DNA from: Eledone cirrhosa
Lineage: Eukaryota
Direction: 5' to 3'
Assembly: GCA_964016885.1 (NCBI GenBank)
Contig: OZ024741.1
Span: 31,124,001-31,188,000 of the forward strand
DNA: 64,000 nt
Below are positions 51,988 through 64,000 of this stretch, in pieces. Each line of letters begins with the position of its first letter. The stretch's first letter is position 1. The notes beneath the pieces are model-generated. The model had not been told where the DNA came from. It ran no database searches and saw only the letters and a list, made by a program, of their open reading frames with translations. The position numbers and the translations under genes were made by a program.

Positions 51988-52957
51988 CTCTCTCACTCTC
52001 TCTCTTTTATATGTATTTTGAGTTAATTTTGACAGGCCACCTTTCCAGTGGCAAATTAAAAAAAAAAAAAAGAAATTGTGAAAGCATTCATCCTTTGAAT
52101 CATAAGAATATTTTACAGATATTGAAGTGCGAGATATGTTGGCCATTTATAGTTTATGAATTAAGGAGCTCCGTATTTTCCTCCACAATCCAAGTTCAGT
52201 TTCTTTTGTATGTATGTATATATTTTTTTTCATAGAGCGAGTGAAACCTAGTCTTCATTAAAACATCTCTCTAGCAGAAGGTCACTCTAATAAAAAACCT
52301 GCGACTTCGTTTGCATCCGATAATGTAAACCAATTCTTCTTTTTGGGCAAATGCATTCGATGTTCAGAGCGTGGAAATGTTCCCGTGCAAAGCCTTTCCT
52401 CACTTAAAAAATCTTCAAGCACAGGCATCGCCTGTTAGTGATATTTTTTTACGAAGCATGATATGGCTGGTCATAGACAAGTCTCTAGCAGGACTAAAAA
52501 GCTACGTCTGTGATGCTCATCCTTAAGTATCAAAAGGTGGAATTATTCGAAATTGAGTTGCAGCCATCATGTTTGTATGTGTATGTGTGTATGTATGTAT
52601 TTATGTATGTATGATTTTCCGTTTTTATAATTTTATAAATGTTTACCAATAGAGAGAGTTGGTTTCCAACATACACATAAGACTCTTTCATTAGAATTTA
52701 GACAACATCAACTAGGTAGATATGTATGCATATCAGCATTCGTACGAGTGTGTGCAGGTATGGCTGTTATTACATACTTACATGCAGTTATTAGATGCAG
52801 ACATTTTGGATGTTTTAGATTATTTTATATGTATATATGCATGTATGTAAGCGTGTAAAATTGTTTTTATCTATCTATATTTATATATATATGTATGTAC
52901 AAATACATGTATCTGTCTACCTACCTGTCTATCTACGTCTGTATGCATCTCTCTCTC

Positions 52958-53033
<76 letters not shown>

Positions 53034-53609
53034 TGTATCCATGTAACCATCTAGCTATCTAGCTACCCAGCTAGCCCTTGTTTGTTTGTCTGATTATTTG
53101 CTAGCCTGTATGCTTGTATGTCTGTATATTTGACTACTAACCTGTCTGTCTGTTTGTCAGCAAGCCTGTGTCTCTGTTTGTCTCACCAAATGCCTCTTAC
53201 TCAATTCATCTACTCGTTGTTGTATTTGACTTTATATGTCTATTATGTTATATATTGTATTTGTCGCCTCAACATCGGAAACACGATCATGAAACAAGAT
53301 AGCAGGAAGCGCAATACTTAAACATACCTCACTTCTCCGAGGAAACTCTATTACACGTGCTTACAAATTACAATATACAAGATCTTTAATTAAACCAGGC
53401 AAGTTAAAAACTAAACAATTCCAGTGTAATTTCCGTTACACCGCTGACCCCGGTGCCAAATATCATTGTAGTACAGTTAATAAGGTCTCCAAGTATATAT
53501 GCGTTTATCACGACGAACTATTTATCATTACTGTTGTCACATCATTGATGACTCGAGGCACTGGATTCGCTTGAAACTTTCCCTGGTAAGAAAATAAATA
53601 CTGATAGTG

Positions 53610-54447
53610 ATAAGTGTTGCCGCATTTGGCATAAAACCAGCCATTTGAAAGGAAGGGGAAACTCGGTTATATCGACCCCAGAGAGTTACCAGAACTTTCT
53701 TTTATCGACCTTGTAATCATGAAAGGCAAGGTTAACATCGACGGGATTTGAATTCACTACAAAAAGAGCCGCAACTCTACGCCACACAACATGTCTGACG
53801 CTCTTCTGGTTCTGCCAATCCACCGTCATAATACTACTAATAATTGTTTCTACTTTTGGCACAAGGCCAGCAATTATCCCAGTGCATTACTGGTACTTTA
53901 TTTTATCGACCCCGTAAGGAAGAAAGGCAAAGTTAACCTCGGCAGGATTTGAACTCAGACCATAAAGGGCCGTAACTCTTTGCTGCAAAGCATGGCGTCC
54001 GACCCTCTACCGATACTGCCAATCCACAAGTGTTTCTACTATAGGCGCGGGACCAGCTATCTGAGGAGAGGGGAAGTCGATTAAACCAACCTCAGTGCAT
54101 TACTGGTGCCTTATTTTGTCGACTCCGTAATGATAAAAGGCAAAGTTAACCTCGGCCGGATTCTAACTCAAACCGTAAAGGGACGTAACTCTATGCTGCA
54201 AAGCATGGTGCCCGGCACTCTACCGATTCTGCCAAACCACACCTAATGCTACTAATAATAATTGTTTCTACCTCAGGCACAAAGCTAACAATAACCCAGT
54301 GCATTACTGGTACTTTATTTTATCGACCCCGTAAGGATGAAAGGCAAAGTCAACCTCGGCGGGATTTGAACTCAGATCGTAAAGGGACGTAACTATGCTG
54401 GAAAGCATGGCGTCCGACCCTCTACCGATACTGCCAATCCACCGCGC
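53610..54447 (-). mobile_element. Head-to-tail array of four SINE copies
   Basis: Copies about 53610-53826, 53843-54027, 54030-54243, 54258-54446. Confidence 0.88.
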
Positions 54448-54834
54448 TACTAATAATAATGCCACCAGTTAATTAACCTCCAGACATTCCTTTAATTCTC
54501 AGTTGAGTCCTATTTGGATATTTATACAGTTTAATTTATCTTAAATGTCAAAATATAAAGACGATATTGAAGGTGAGAATGTGTCAATTTAAAAAGAACA
54601 AACAAGAAAAGTAATAATGAAGTTAAATTCTCTTTCCATTATTTCTGGAATTTACGCATAGAAATTCAGAATGAAAGATTAGCAGACAAAGACGTTTAAA
54701 ATAATATACAATATAATTAGAAATAGAATATAAAAGAAAACATATTATATTTTTGAAGACCTACAAAATAGAATATGATTGATCAGATCATATTCGTAGC
54801 ATAAAGAGTGCCATTAGTGTCAGAAAAAAAAATT

Positions 54835-55040
54835 ACTTCGGTTAAAATGTCTTGAGTATTTAGATAGAACGTTGTGCATACTGAGTTCAAGTCCCACCGA
54901 GGTCAACTTTTTATATCATCAATCCATGGTCGACAAATAAAGTACGCGTCACTTACTATAGTCGATTTCATCGACTTTCCTCTCCCCACACATTTCTTAC
55001 CTTGTGCCTATATTAGAAATTATTGTTATTATTATTATTA
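54835..55040 (+). mobile_element. SINE, diverged long variant
   Basis: CTGAGTTCAAGTCCCACCGAGGTCAACTTT...CTTGTGCCTATATTAGAAA then (ATT)n. Confidence 0.75.
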
Positions 55041-55349
55041 TCCTTTTTATTGTGGACTAGCAGAATGGCCCGGCGTTGCTCGGGCTTCTAAACATAGATT
55101 GGCATGTTTATCCCTTCCTTTTGAAACAGTACAGAGAAGTGCGGAATACCACGGCCTGGGGATGGTGTCTACATTTTGTGCTAAGGCAAATAATTTTCCG
55201 TTAAGATTTTTCAAAAGCATGTAATTGCGTTCCTTCTCTTTTTTGTTGTTGTTTTTGCTGCTGTTGGTGTGATAGCAGCTGTTGGTCGTACTACTAACAC
55301 AGTCTCGTCCTCTTCAACCAATCGTGTATATCCCTTTCTGCCTCGTCTA

Positions 55350-55719
55350 CCTAAACAATGATTGTGCACAATGTTCCTTGTTCTTCCCTGTCGGGCATAT
55401 GCAAAGAGATTTGTCTTGCTTCCCACCCTTGAGCAACCAGCATACAGTTGCCCGTGTGAAAAACATGACTCTTCCAAAAGAAGACCAGCAACGGCTAGGG
55501 TCTGACCCTGGGATTTGTTGATAGACATTGCAAAGCTGACACAGTTCGGTGAATGGTTCGTTGGTTGTCTGTTTCAAGTGCTCTTGTGCTGGCAGTACGT
55601 TCAGCATCTTGAGACCGTCGAATAGCAGATTCTACTGACGATTCGTTTGCCCGCCTTGTTCTTTTTCCTGCTGCTTTCGCAGTATTTCGGCCAATAGAGT
55701 ATCTCTTCCTTAGAGGCAT
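55350..55719 (-). pseudogene. Helitron RepHel N-terminus fused to PIF1 helicase C-terminal motifs
   Basis: MPLRKRYSIGR...RRSQDAERTASTRALET (inferred N-terminus) joined to AMSINKSQGQTL...FSHGQLYAGCSRV...TRNIV. Confidence 0.85.
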
Positions 55720-55984
55720 GACCTGAAAGCAGCAAAAAGTACACTAAGACTAACTGTTAGAGAAAGGAGTAAACTCGTCAGCGATGCATGTGATTTCCGA
55801 ACCGTTGACTATGTAATTGCTGACCTTGTGCCAAAAGTAGTGGGACATTTTGGATGGTATGTCGGCAGAAACAATGACGATAAGCCGTCTGTGCTTTCGT
55901 GAAATAAATACGTTTGTTTATATTTCGTTTTTGTGTATGCAAAAATATCTGTACACGAATATATAATTATATATATAGATATAT

Positions 55985-56052
55985 ATTAAAATAACAGATT
56001 AAAGTTTTAGCAAGGAATCGCTGCTTTCACCCTTAACGGGATTTTCTGAAAC
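55985..56052 (-). mobile_element. Single arm of HHR family B nested in a TA tract of the Helitron
   Basis: Matches 48929-48997. Confidence 0.8.
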
Positions 56053-57859
56053 TAAAAAAATGTATCTGTGAACGCAGAAGTAAATATTTCGAAAAACGTT
56101 GCAACCGAAGGAAAATAGGAAGACGATACTTTGGTTCATGAAGACGTTCCTTGGCAATGAACAGAAAATAGCGAGCATAATACGTCAGCAATGATAACAT
56201 TGTTTTCATAAGGTAATGCAGACAGGCAGACATACAGACATATATTATAACGGCGCGACGTTATTGCTATGTATCTATCTAAAAAGACAGACTAAGAGAG
56301 AGAGAGAGAGAGATCGCTAACCGGCGCCTAACACGCCTTTAACAACAGAAAATTGAAAAATAAAAGATACATTAATATCTTTAGATCGCATGGAATATAT
56401 AAATGCAAGTTTGAAGTCAATCGGAGTAGAAAGGTGGATTCGTATAGACTTTGCAAAAGTTAGGGCACACACGCACACAGACAATTTCAGTTTTTTATAT
56501 ATATATATAGATTACACTAGTATTCATAAGCATTAGTAAGGTTGCAGGGATAGAGAAAATTAGATTAGAAGGCGAGCTAGTTAGACACATAAAAGAAGCT
56601 TTTAAGGAAGGGAACGTGACTGATGTATTCCAGGTTAGATTGGCCTTCAAATAATTCTGCAAAGTGAAGGAGAAAGGCTGCAGTGTCAGCGCTAATGCGC
56701 GTTCACTAAGACAAGTAGGATCGACAAACTTTCGAGTGGAAAAGGCGTAAAGTGACAACAAACCCACAATTCTATCAATGGTGGACCACAATGAATGTCA
56801 GCTACTCGATTTCTAGTAGCACATGTACAGTGTTTCAGCGGGAATGTCCTCACCTGTTCTGTTCCATTACCAGACCGGAGTAAATTATAGATTTCAGTGC
56901 CTAAATCATCAGCCTGCCGTAACTCGCAGCAGTGGAGAGAGAGAAATATGAAAAGCTGAAGCTGTGACTAACATACAGGAGGCGATGTTTACCAGCAGGC
57001 GGGGAAAATCACTTGATTAGGAGGGTTGGCATACACATTTATAGACGGTTATATACCAAACATGTTCGATAACATCTTGGCAGGTGCCTATCACAACTGG
57101 CAGCAGAACTTCTAAACACAGAGTTCAAGACTGCGGCCATAGTGTTAGCGAAATATTTGGTGCTTGTTGGGCCGCAGATATGCAACATCCCAAACAGATC
57201 CATCCGTGCAACATCAACCTCATGGAGGCATGGGTGCCTTCATCGATCAAAACTGGGGATAGTATTCGTATTTGCCATCTGTCTTTACATCTATCGGTTT
57301 CTGTTCCATTTTCTGGGGCTTGATCGCTGTAATGTACAGCGAAATCTGCTCTGTGGTCAGATGAAATGTCCACTCTTTGACCGTTTCAGCATCATGGGCC
57401 CGGTTAAATAATGTTGCAACTCTTGCTTCTTCTATAAGCACTGAGTCTTGGCACACTACTGAAAAACAAAACAAAAAAGAACAGGAGGCGTATATAGACA
57501 TCTAGTGTGGACTAGGATGTGAAAGATCCATGGCAGGATATACGAACCACATCAGATGAATAGTGTTGGCTACCAAGTCTATTGCAGTGAACAGCACCTC
57601 TTTATTTCATACTAATTGGCTTTTTGTCTTAATTAAACATTTTTGAAATAGTAAACATATATTTATAATTGGGGGATTTACTTTAACGCAGACAAACTTA
57701 ACAGTCTCTATCTTGCGGGGCATTTACAGAATCGGAAAAGAAGTACATATGTAATGGTGAATTATTTCCTATTTACAAACATGCATACATCCATATATGA
57801 ATACATATATTGAATCCATATACGTATATGGATGCATATCGCTTGAGATCGGTGTGGAA

Positions 57860-58335
57860 GTCGGACCTTCGTAAAGACCTGAAATCCGTCTCTTCATTGC
57901 TGTAGTGGAGTCTGTGCTGCTGTGCGGGTCTGAGACTTGGACACTGACCAAGAAACTCATTCAGATGGTTGATGGGTGCTACACGAGAATGCGGAGGATG
58001 GCTCTGAACATTAATCAGTATACACTGAGGAGGAAAAACCCAGAGCTGTATGGGAGACTCCCAAAAGTCAGCTCAAAAGTGACACAGCGGAGATTGAGGT
58101 GAGCTGGACATGCTCACCGACATCCAGAGTTGACATTGCACTCAGTGCTCCTGTGGGAGCACCTACATGGACACACTGGAAGAGGAAGACCAAGGTTAAC
58201 GTATGTTGATGCCCTAAGGACAGACACTGGTCTGTTGGAGACGCAGGACATGGCGGCGATAATGAGGGACAGAGACCGCTGGAGAGATCTCGTCCATGGA
58301 TTTCGGGAATTTTACCCGCCCTAGATAGATAGATC
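57860..58335 (+). mobile_element. 3' fragment of RTE-type LINE (second family)
   Basis: ESVLLCGSETWTLTKK...DGCYTRMRRMALNI...RGRPRLTYVD; (TAGA)n tail. Confidence 0.8.
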
Positions 58336-58751
58336 GATGGATGCATAAATAGATCCGAGCATACATACATTCATGCATACATGCATGTATGCAAACACAT
58401 AAATACATATGTATATATATATATATACATATTTACTGATACGATAATCACCACACTTGTAGAAATGAAAGAATGGCAATACTGAAGTAGTAGAATTACG
58501 GTGTAGAAATGACAGAATGGCATTACTGAAGTATGGCCGCCGTCTTGCCACTGAAACAAGGAACAGAGCAGAAGACGAAATATTGTTTATATTTTTATTC
58601 TAGCAGTCAGTGATACCCACGGATATGAGTCGGAGTTTATTTTACAAATATGCATGTTTCTACTTTTCAGTTTTATGAGAAAATAGACGCATACACGCGC
58701 ACATTTATGTATGTATGTATATTTGTGAGTGTGTGTATATGTATGTATATA

Positions 58752-58868
<117 letters not shown>

Positions 58869-59221
58869 GTACTTAGTACCTGTGGGAATATTGATCTCAT
58901 TTTATGTATATTCTCCCATGTGTAGAGAAAATATCCGTCGTTTACCTAGCTACTAACGACCAGTTCACGTGTAGGTTACGTTTACGGCCCCATTCGATCC
59001 TGCACTAGCTGACTGAAGGCAATATATTTGCTGGCTGTTGGACTTTATGTCCTATGTAATGGAAAATGCTTTCTGAAGAGCCGAACTTTCCATTGGATTT
59101 CCAATCTTTTGTGAGGCGAAACCGTCGGTAAAAGCAATATGGATAGGTAAATATTTAAATTATATTTTTTTAATTTATTTCGAAAGATTGTTTAAATTTT
59201 GCTTGTCCCGCTTATCTCAAT

Positions 59222-59280
<59 letters not shown>

Positions 59281-59325
59281 CACTTTTTCTCTATTTGCTA
59301 AACCATACATATATATATATATATG

Positions 59326-59427
<102 letters not shown>

Positions 59428-60845
59428 TGTGTGTGTGTGTGTATATATAAAATGTCATTATTTGTAATTAGTTTTGAGTAGACTACGATTAGCTTCTAAA
59501 ATTAAATATATAATCGGATTAAATATTTTGCCTAATAGTACTTGGATTTAAAAAATGATAGAATCTTTAGATATAACATGGACATTAATTTAATATAATC
59601 TTTAAAAAATGAAAACAAATGTTGTGTTAACTTAAATGGTTAAGTTTGATATTGGTTAGCGAAAAAACAAAAGAGTTTTAATCCAAATTACGAAATATAC
59701 AGAATATAGAACTATCTGAAGAATATAAACACAATCGTAGTATTAAAAATGTGCATACATATACACATATATATTGTTATTTTTTAATAGTTTCAGACAA
59801 TGCTGTCTGATCATGCTAAGGCAATGCAAGGAAAGGTTTTACTGTAATATGAACAACGGTATTTTGTTTAGTGGCGGCGAAGCCAGGTTCTCTATAATAT
59901 ACGGTTAAGGCTGCATTTAAGTTTGGTTACAAAAAAATATATATTCTAATATTTACAAATGTATTAATTTAGAAAAGAAAATATAAATATAGAAACCATG
60001 AAAGCATATATTTATATATAAAATAGAAGAATTGTATGACATTGCTAGGCCTGTGAATTACTGGTACAGTCCATTCCACAGCCTTGCATATCGTTTCTAC
60101 TTAACCAACTTCATTGCCAAAGTTTTGTTCGACCCGAAGCTAGGGTAACTGCTATTTCACGAAGCTGCTATACCACGGAATTGAACAGAGGACTTAATAA
60201 TTGCGAACTGAACTTCTTAATCATTTGGTCATGTTCTGTTCACTGAAATAAGAGATAAGAGAACATATTAGAACTACGGAAAATATAGATATATGAATTA
60301 ATTATAACGAAATAAATTATACATAAACTTTTGACCTTCTTTGAAAAAATATTCATATTTCTCACAAAAGAGTTATTTACAATTAGTGACCAGGGTGAGC
60401 TATACTGGCTAGGAAACCTGATAGGATCATTGTTCCCTTAGAGATTCGAGATATGTCTAAATAAAATGAAAAATAGATTGTATTCAGCTGATATTTCTCA
60501 TCATGTTTGAGTAAGCAAGGATTTATCGGTAAATATCTTTGGAATTTTTGTTTTCCTTGCTTTTCAAGCTGAGAGATTGCAGAAAAGGTATAAAAAACAT
60601 ATGGACCCCCTTCACTTTCGACGATTATTGTTCGTTTTATTTTTTAATCGAAAGAAAGGCCTACCCGTTAGATTAATGCGTAAGTAGCTCAATATTTCAA
60701 AGACATATGTCTTTGTAAGGTATTTCTCACGTAACTTCAGCATGACAAAGTATGTGACAGAGCCGGTAAGATTAATTAGATGCACACACACACACACATA
60801 TACGCACAAACGCACACACACATACGCACAAACACATACACATAG

Positions 60846-61011
60846 GGGGTCGGACGACATGCTTCGACGCATAGAGTTACGGCCCTTGCCATTCTGATTT
60901 CAAATCCTGCCGAGGTTAACTTTACCTTTCATCCTTATGGGCTCGATAAAATAAAGTACCAGTAATACACTGGGTAATTGCTGGCCTTGTGCCAAAAGTA
61001 GAAACAATTAA
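60846..61011 (+). mobile_element. SINE, 5'-truncated
   Basis: Family core and AAAAGTAGAAACAATTA end. Confidence 0.88.
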
Positions 61012-61423
61012 TTAGATGCCCAGTTTATTCACCTGGATTCCGAATATAATAAATCTTCACAAACCGGTTCCCGAGCCACTGTAGCTCCATGGGTAAGAAA
61101 AGAAAATAGAAATATTTTGCTTCGCGTTTAGAGTTCTATTTCAACCAATTGCAAAACCTGCACACACACACATACACACACACACATACACACACACAGA
61201 CATACACACACACACACACACACACACATACAGACATACACACACACACACACACACACATACAGACATACACACACACACACACACATATACGCACAAA
61301 CACACACACACATACGCACAACACACATACACACACACACAAATACACACATACACACATACACACGTACATACACACAAACGAACACACACACACACAC
61401 AAGTATATATATATATATATATT

Positions 61424-61615
61424 TAGGAAAAAGTATTACCCCGACGACAGAGCTCAAGCCGTTTCGACGGCTATTTCTGGACGAGAAATAGCCGTTGAAA
61501 CGGCTTGAGCTCTGCCGTCAGGGTCATACTTTTCCTATTTCCCACTCTACTACCCTAAGTATTGAGTACTCTGGTGCGTTATGGTCCATCTGGTTCCTTA
61601 CCACAATTCCTTTGT
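61424..61615. mobile_element. 192 bp mini fold-back of PLE family D
   Basis: Arms 61424-61478 / 61484-61537, 5-nt spacer, tail matching 33431-33508 and 15600-15674; (TA)n flanks. Confidence 0.88.
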
Positions 61616-61719
<104 letters not shown>

Positions 61720-61761
61720 CGTGTGTGTGTGTGTGCGCGTATGTGTGTGTGTGTGTGTGTG

Positions 61762-61912
61762 ACGAATCGGTAGAATTATGAGAAGGTCGGATAGAATGCT
61801 TTCTGGTATTGGTATCGGCTCTCTATTCTTTGAATTCAAATCCAGTTGAGATCAACTTTGTTTTCATTCATTAGAGATCGATAAAAGTGTACCATTGTAG
61901 CACTAGGGTCGA
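61762..61912 (+). mobile_element. SINE, diverged partial
   Basis: GAATTCAAATCC...GATCAACTTTG...GATCGATAAAAG core. Confidence 0.65.
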
Positions 61913-62197
61913 TTCTTCTACTCTAACCCTTTCTCACTTTATTTCTCTCACTCTCAATTTTTCTCTGGAAGAAATCTACAGTACCCAGGCAGATGACATG
62001 AGCTCTGCCAGTTTTTTTTTAAAAATGCCCTAGAAACGCCGTATGTCAATTCGGCACCCCTTATACTCTCTCATGTGGTGTAGGGGTAATATATATATGG
62101 AAGAGATGTTAACATGAATGGACCTATTATTTTTATCTAAAGACATTTTTTTCAATTCCATCCCGCCCGTCCCCTTAATCTATTTTATTTCTCATTC

Positions 62198-62236
62198 TTT
62201 CTTCTGATGAAGGACTGGCGTCCGAAACGTTATGAC
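62198..62236 (+). ncRNA. Penelope-type hammerhead motif
   Basis: CTGATGA-A-GGAC-tggc-GTCC-GAAACGTT with palindrome AACGTT; helix I weak. Confidence 0.6.
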
Positions 62237-62428
62237 CCTCTTCCTGCTATATCAAGCGTTAACCTAATATATACCTTCCATATACTGTACCGATTGTGTT
62301 GTTATTTCTGTTTACCTTTTATATACATACATATATTTATGTATGTATGTATCAGGAGATTCCAACCAGAATGGTTGCATTTTTTCAGGGTATGTCAATA
62401 TTTATTTATAAAACTAACCTATATTATA

Positions 62429-62490
62429 TTTTATCTGATGAAAGCGCACCATAGTTTGCCTTGGTGGCCCTTGAAATATGTATAATGAAA
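62429..62490 (+). ncRNA. Type I hammerhead motif
   Basis: TTTTAT-CTGATGA-AAG-cg-CACCA-loop-TGGTG-gcc-CTT-GAAA-TATGTAT-A-ATGAAA; ~40 nt to (TA)n. Confidence 0.72.
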
Positions 62491-62524
62491 TGGTTTTATA
62501 AATATAGTTTCCATTTGTTAATAT

Positions 62525-62601
<77 letters not shown>

Positions 62602-62839
62602 TCTTTTTTATCATTTATTTTGTTTTGACCTGTTTCGCTTGATTTGCTTTTTGGCTTAGGTGGTTGATGCTTTCTTAACCACTTTTTCTGTTTTGTATGG
62701 CGTTTTAACATTGTTTAGCTCTGTTTTTTAACTATGGAGCGCTTGCCAGCATAATTCTGATTTTTGCGTTTAGTTTCGCTTTTTCTCCCTGCCGAAATGC
62801 GATTCTCGCTGAATCTATATTTGTATTTTATATATAAAT

Positions 62840-62938
<99 letters not shown>

Positions 62939-63104
62939 AGAAAAAAGAGAATCAGTGTTGCGACGATTGGATTTTATTGAACATATTACAATCGCTTTTC
63001 CAATTATATATATATAAGCAAATGAATAAGTGTAGGGGACGCAAGTCCTTATAACAAAATATTTATATAATTTTTACATGATGTTTCACCCACGTTAATT
63101 AAAA

Positions 63105-63453
63105 ATTATTTCTACTTTTTGCACAAGGCCACTGCATTACTGGAACTATATTTTATCGACTTCGTAAGGATGAAAGGCAAAATGAACCTCGGCGAGATTT
63201 GAAAGGGATGTAACTGTGCTGCAAAGCATGGCGTCCGATCCTCTACCGATACTGCCAATCCACTGCCCGTTAATTAATAATTGTTTCTACGTTTGGCACA
63301 AGGCCAGCAGTTAACCAGTGCATTACTGGTACTTTATTTTATCGACCCCGTAATGATGAAAGGCAAAGTTAACCTCGGCGGGATTTGAACTCAGAATGGC
63401 AAAGGCCGTAACTCTATGCGTCAAAGCATGGCGTCCGACCCTCTACCGATACC
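63105..63453 (-). mobile_element. Two SINE copies in tandem
   Basis: About 63105-63268 and 63277-63453. Confidence 0.88.
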
Positions 63454-64000
63454 GTACTTTCTGTACTCAATATTTTATGATCTATACACGAAACACGTAT
63501 TTCAATAACTGAAATTTAAATATTTCAATATCTGAGATTTAAACATGGCGGCAACTGAATATTGTAGACAGGTTTGTTGACTGCACGAAGTAGGACTACA
63601 CTGTGGGAAGGCCTAATTAATCAGGTGCAGCGTTGATATCAGAGCCAGATCTTTCTATGAAGTCGCGCCTGGAATGTGCCAAAGCCCAGCAAATTCGTTT
63701 AAATGTGAATTGCTGTGATGTTGTGTGTAAATAGGCATCTATGTCCCGTTTATTGTTTATAAATTCAAGGAAACTGTGATAACTGTACTTCGGTTAACTG
63801 GATGTCTGGGCCGTGTCACTTCCATGTGGAGAGCAGGTTTGTCTTGAGGTGTAAGCAGCCCTGTGAACAAAGAGATATTAAACCTTGTTTCAGTAACATT
63901 TTCAGTGATATTTTACACGTGTGACATCATAACGAGATCTCCTTCAGACATTAACTCTGCAACTGAGAAAGTAGGCCTAAGCGATGCATTGCTGTTTCAT

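Larger units (their letters stand above)
55057..56511 (-). mobile_element. Internally deleted Helitron retaining both ends of RepHel
   Basis: A|TC at 56511, CCCGAGCAACGCCGGG hairpin and CTAG|T at 55060-55057. Confidence 0.85.

Noticed and set aside
56520-57600. GC-richer stretch with short ORFs on both strands
   Set aside because: No motif I can recognise; probably old TE debris, needs BLASTx.
63540-64000. Unique-looking sequence with AACATGGCGG motif and a possible minus-strand acceptor
   Set aside because: No supportable ORF or exon; truncated by the window edge.

Overview
Repeat-dominated, AT-rich animal genomic DNA; I found no convincing host gene. The SINEs resemble octopod/cephalopod SINEs (my recall, not a search). 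Most ORF-track entries are microsatellite or minisatellite artefacts. Contents: (1) about 20 copies and derivatives of Penelope-like elements (PLEs), nearly all embedded in (TA)n. Many are asymmetric fold-backs (inverted arms 55-600 bp, one arm with an extra 60-120 bp tail) carrying outward-facing minimal type I hammerhead ribozyme (HHR) motifs. They range from a 4.1 kb RT+GIY-YIG copy to a 190 bp non-coding hairpin and a 523 bp unit in partial tandem. (2) An 11 kb stack of R4/Dong-type RLE LINEs from two families in a (TAA)n tract, including a two-family chimera and ~18-20 nt stubs. (3) A 2.85 kb 43-bp minisatellite inside one SINE copy. (4) Helitron derivatives, a mariner relic, RTE and Tx1/L1 fragments and many SINEs. 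Coordinates were read by eye (a few bp uncertainty); RNA folds are hand-derived and untested.
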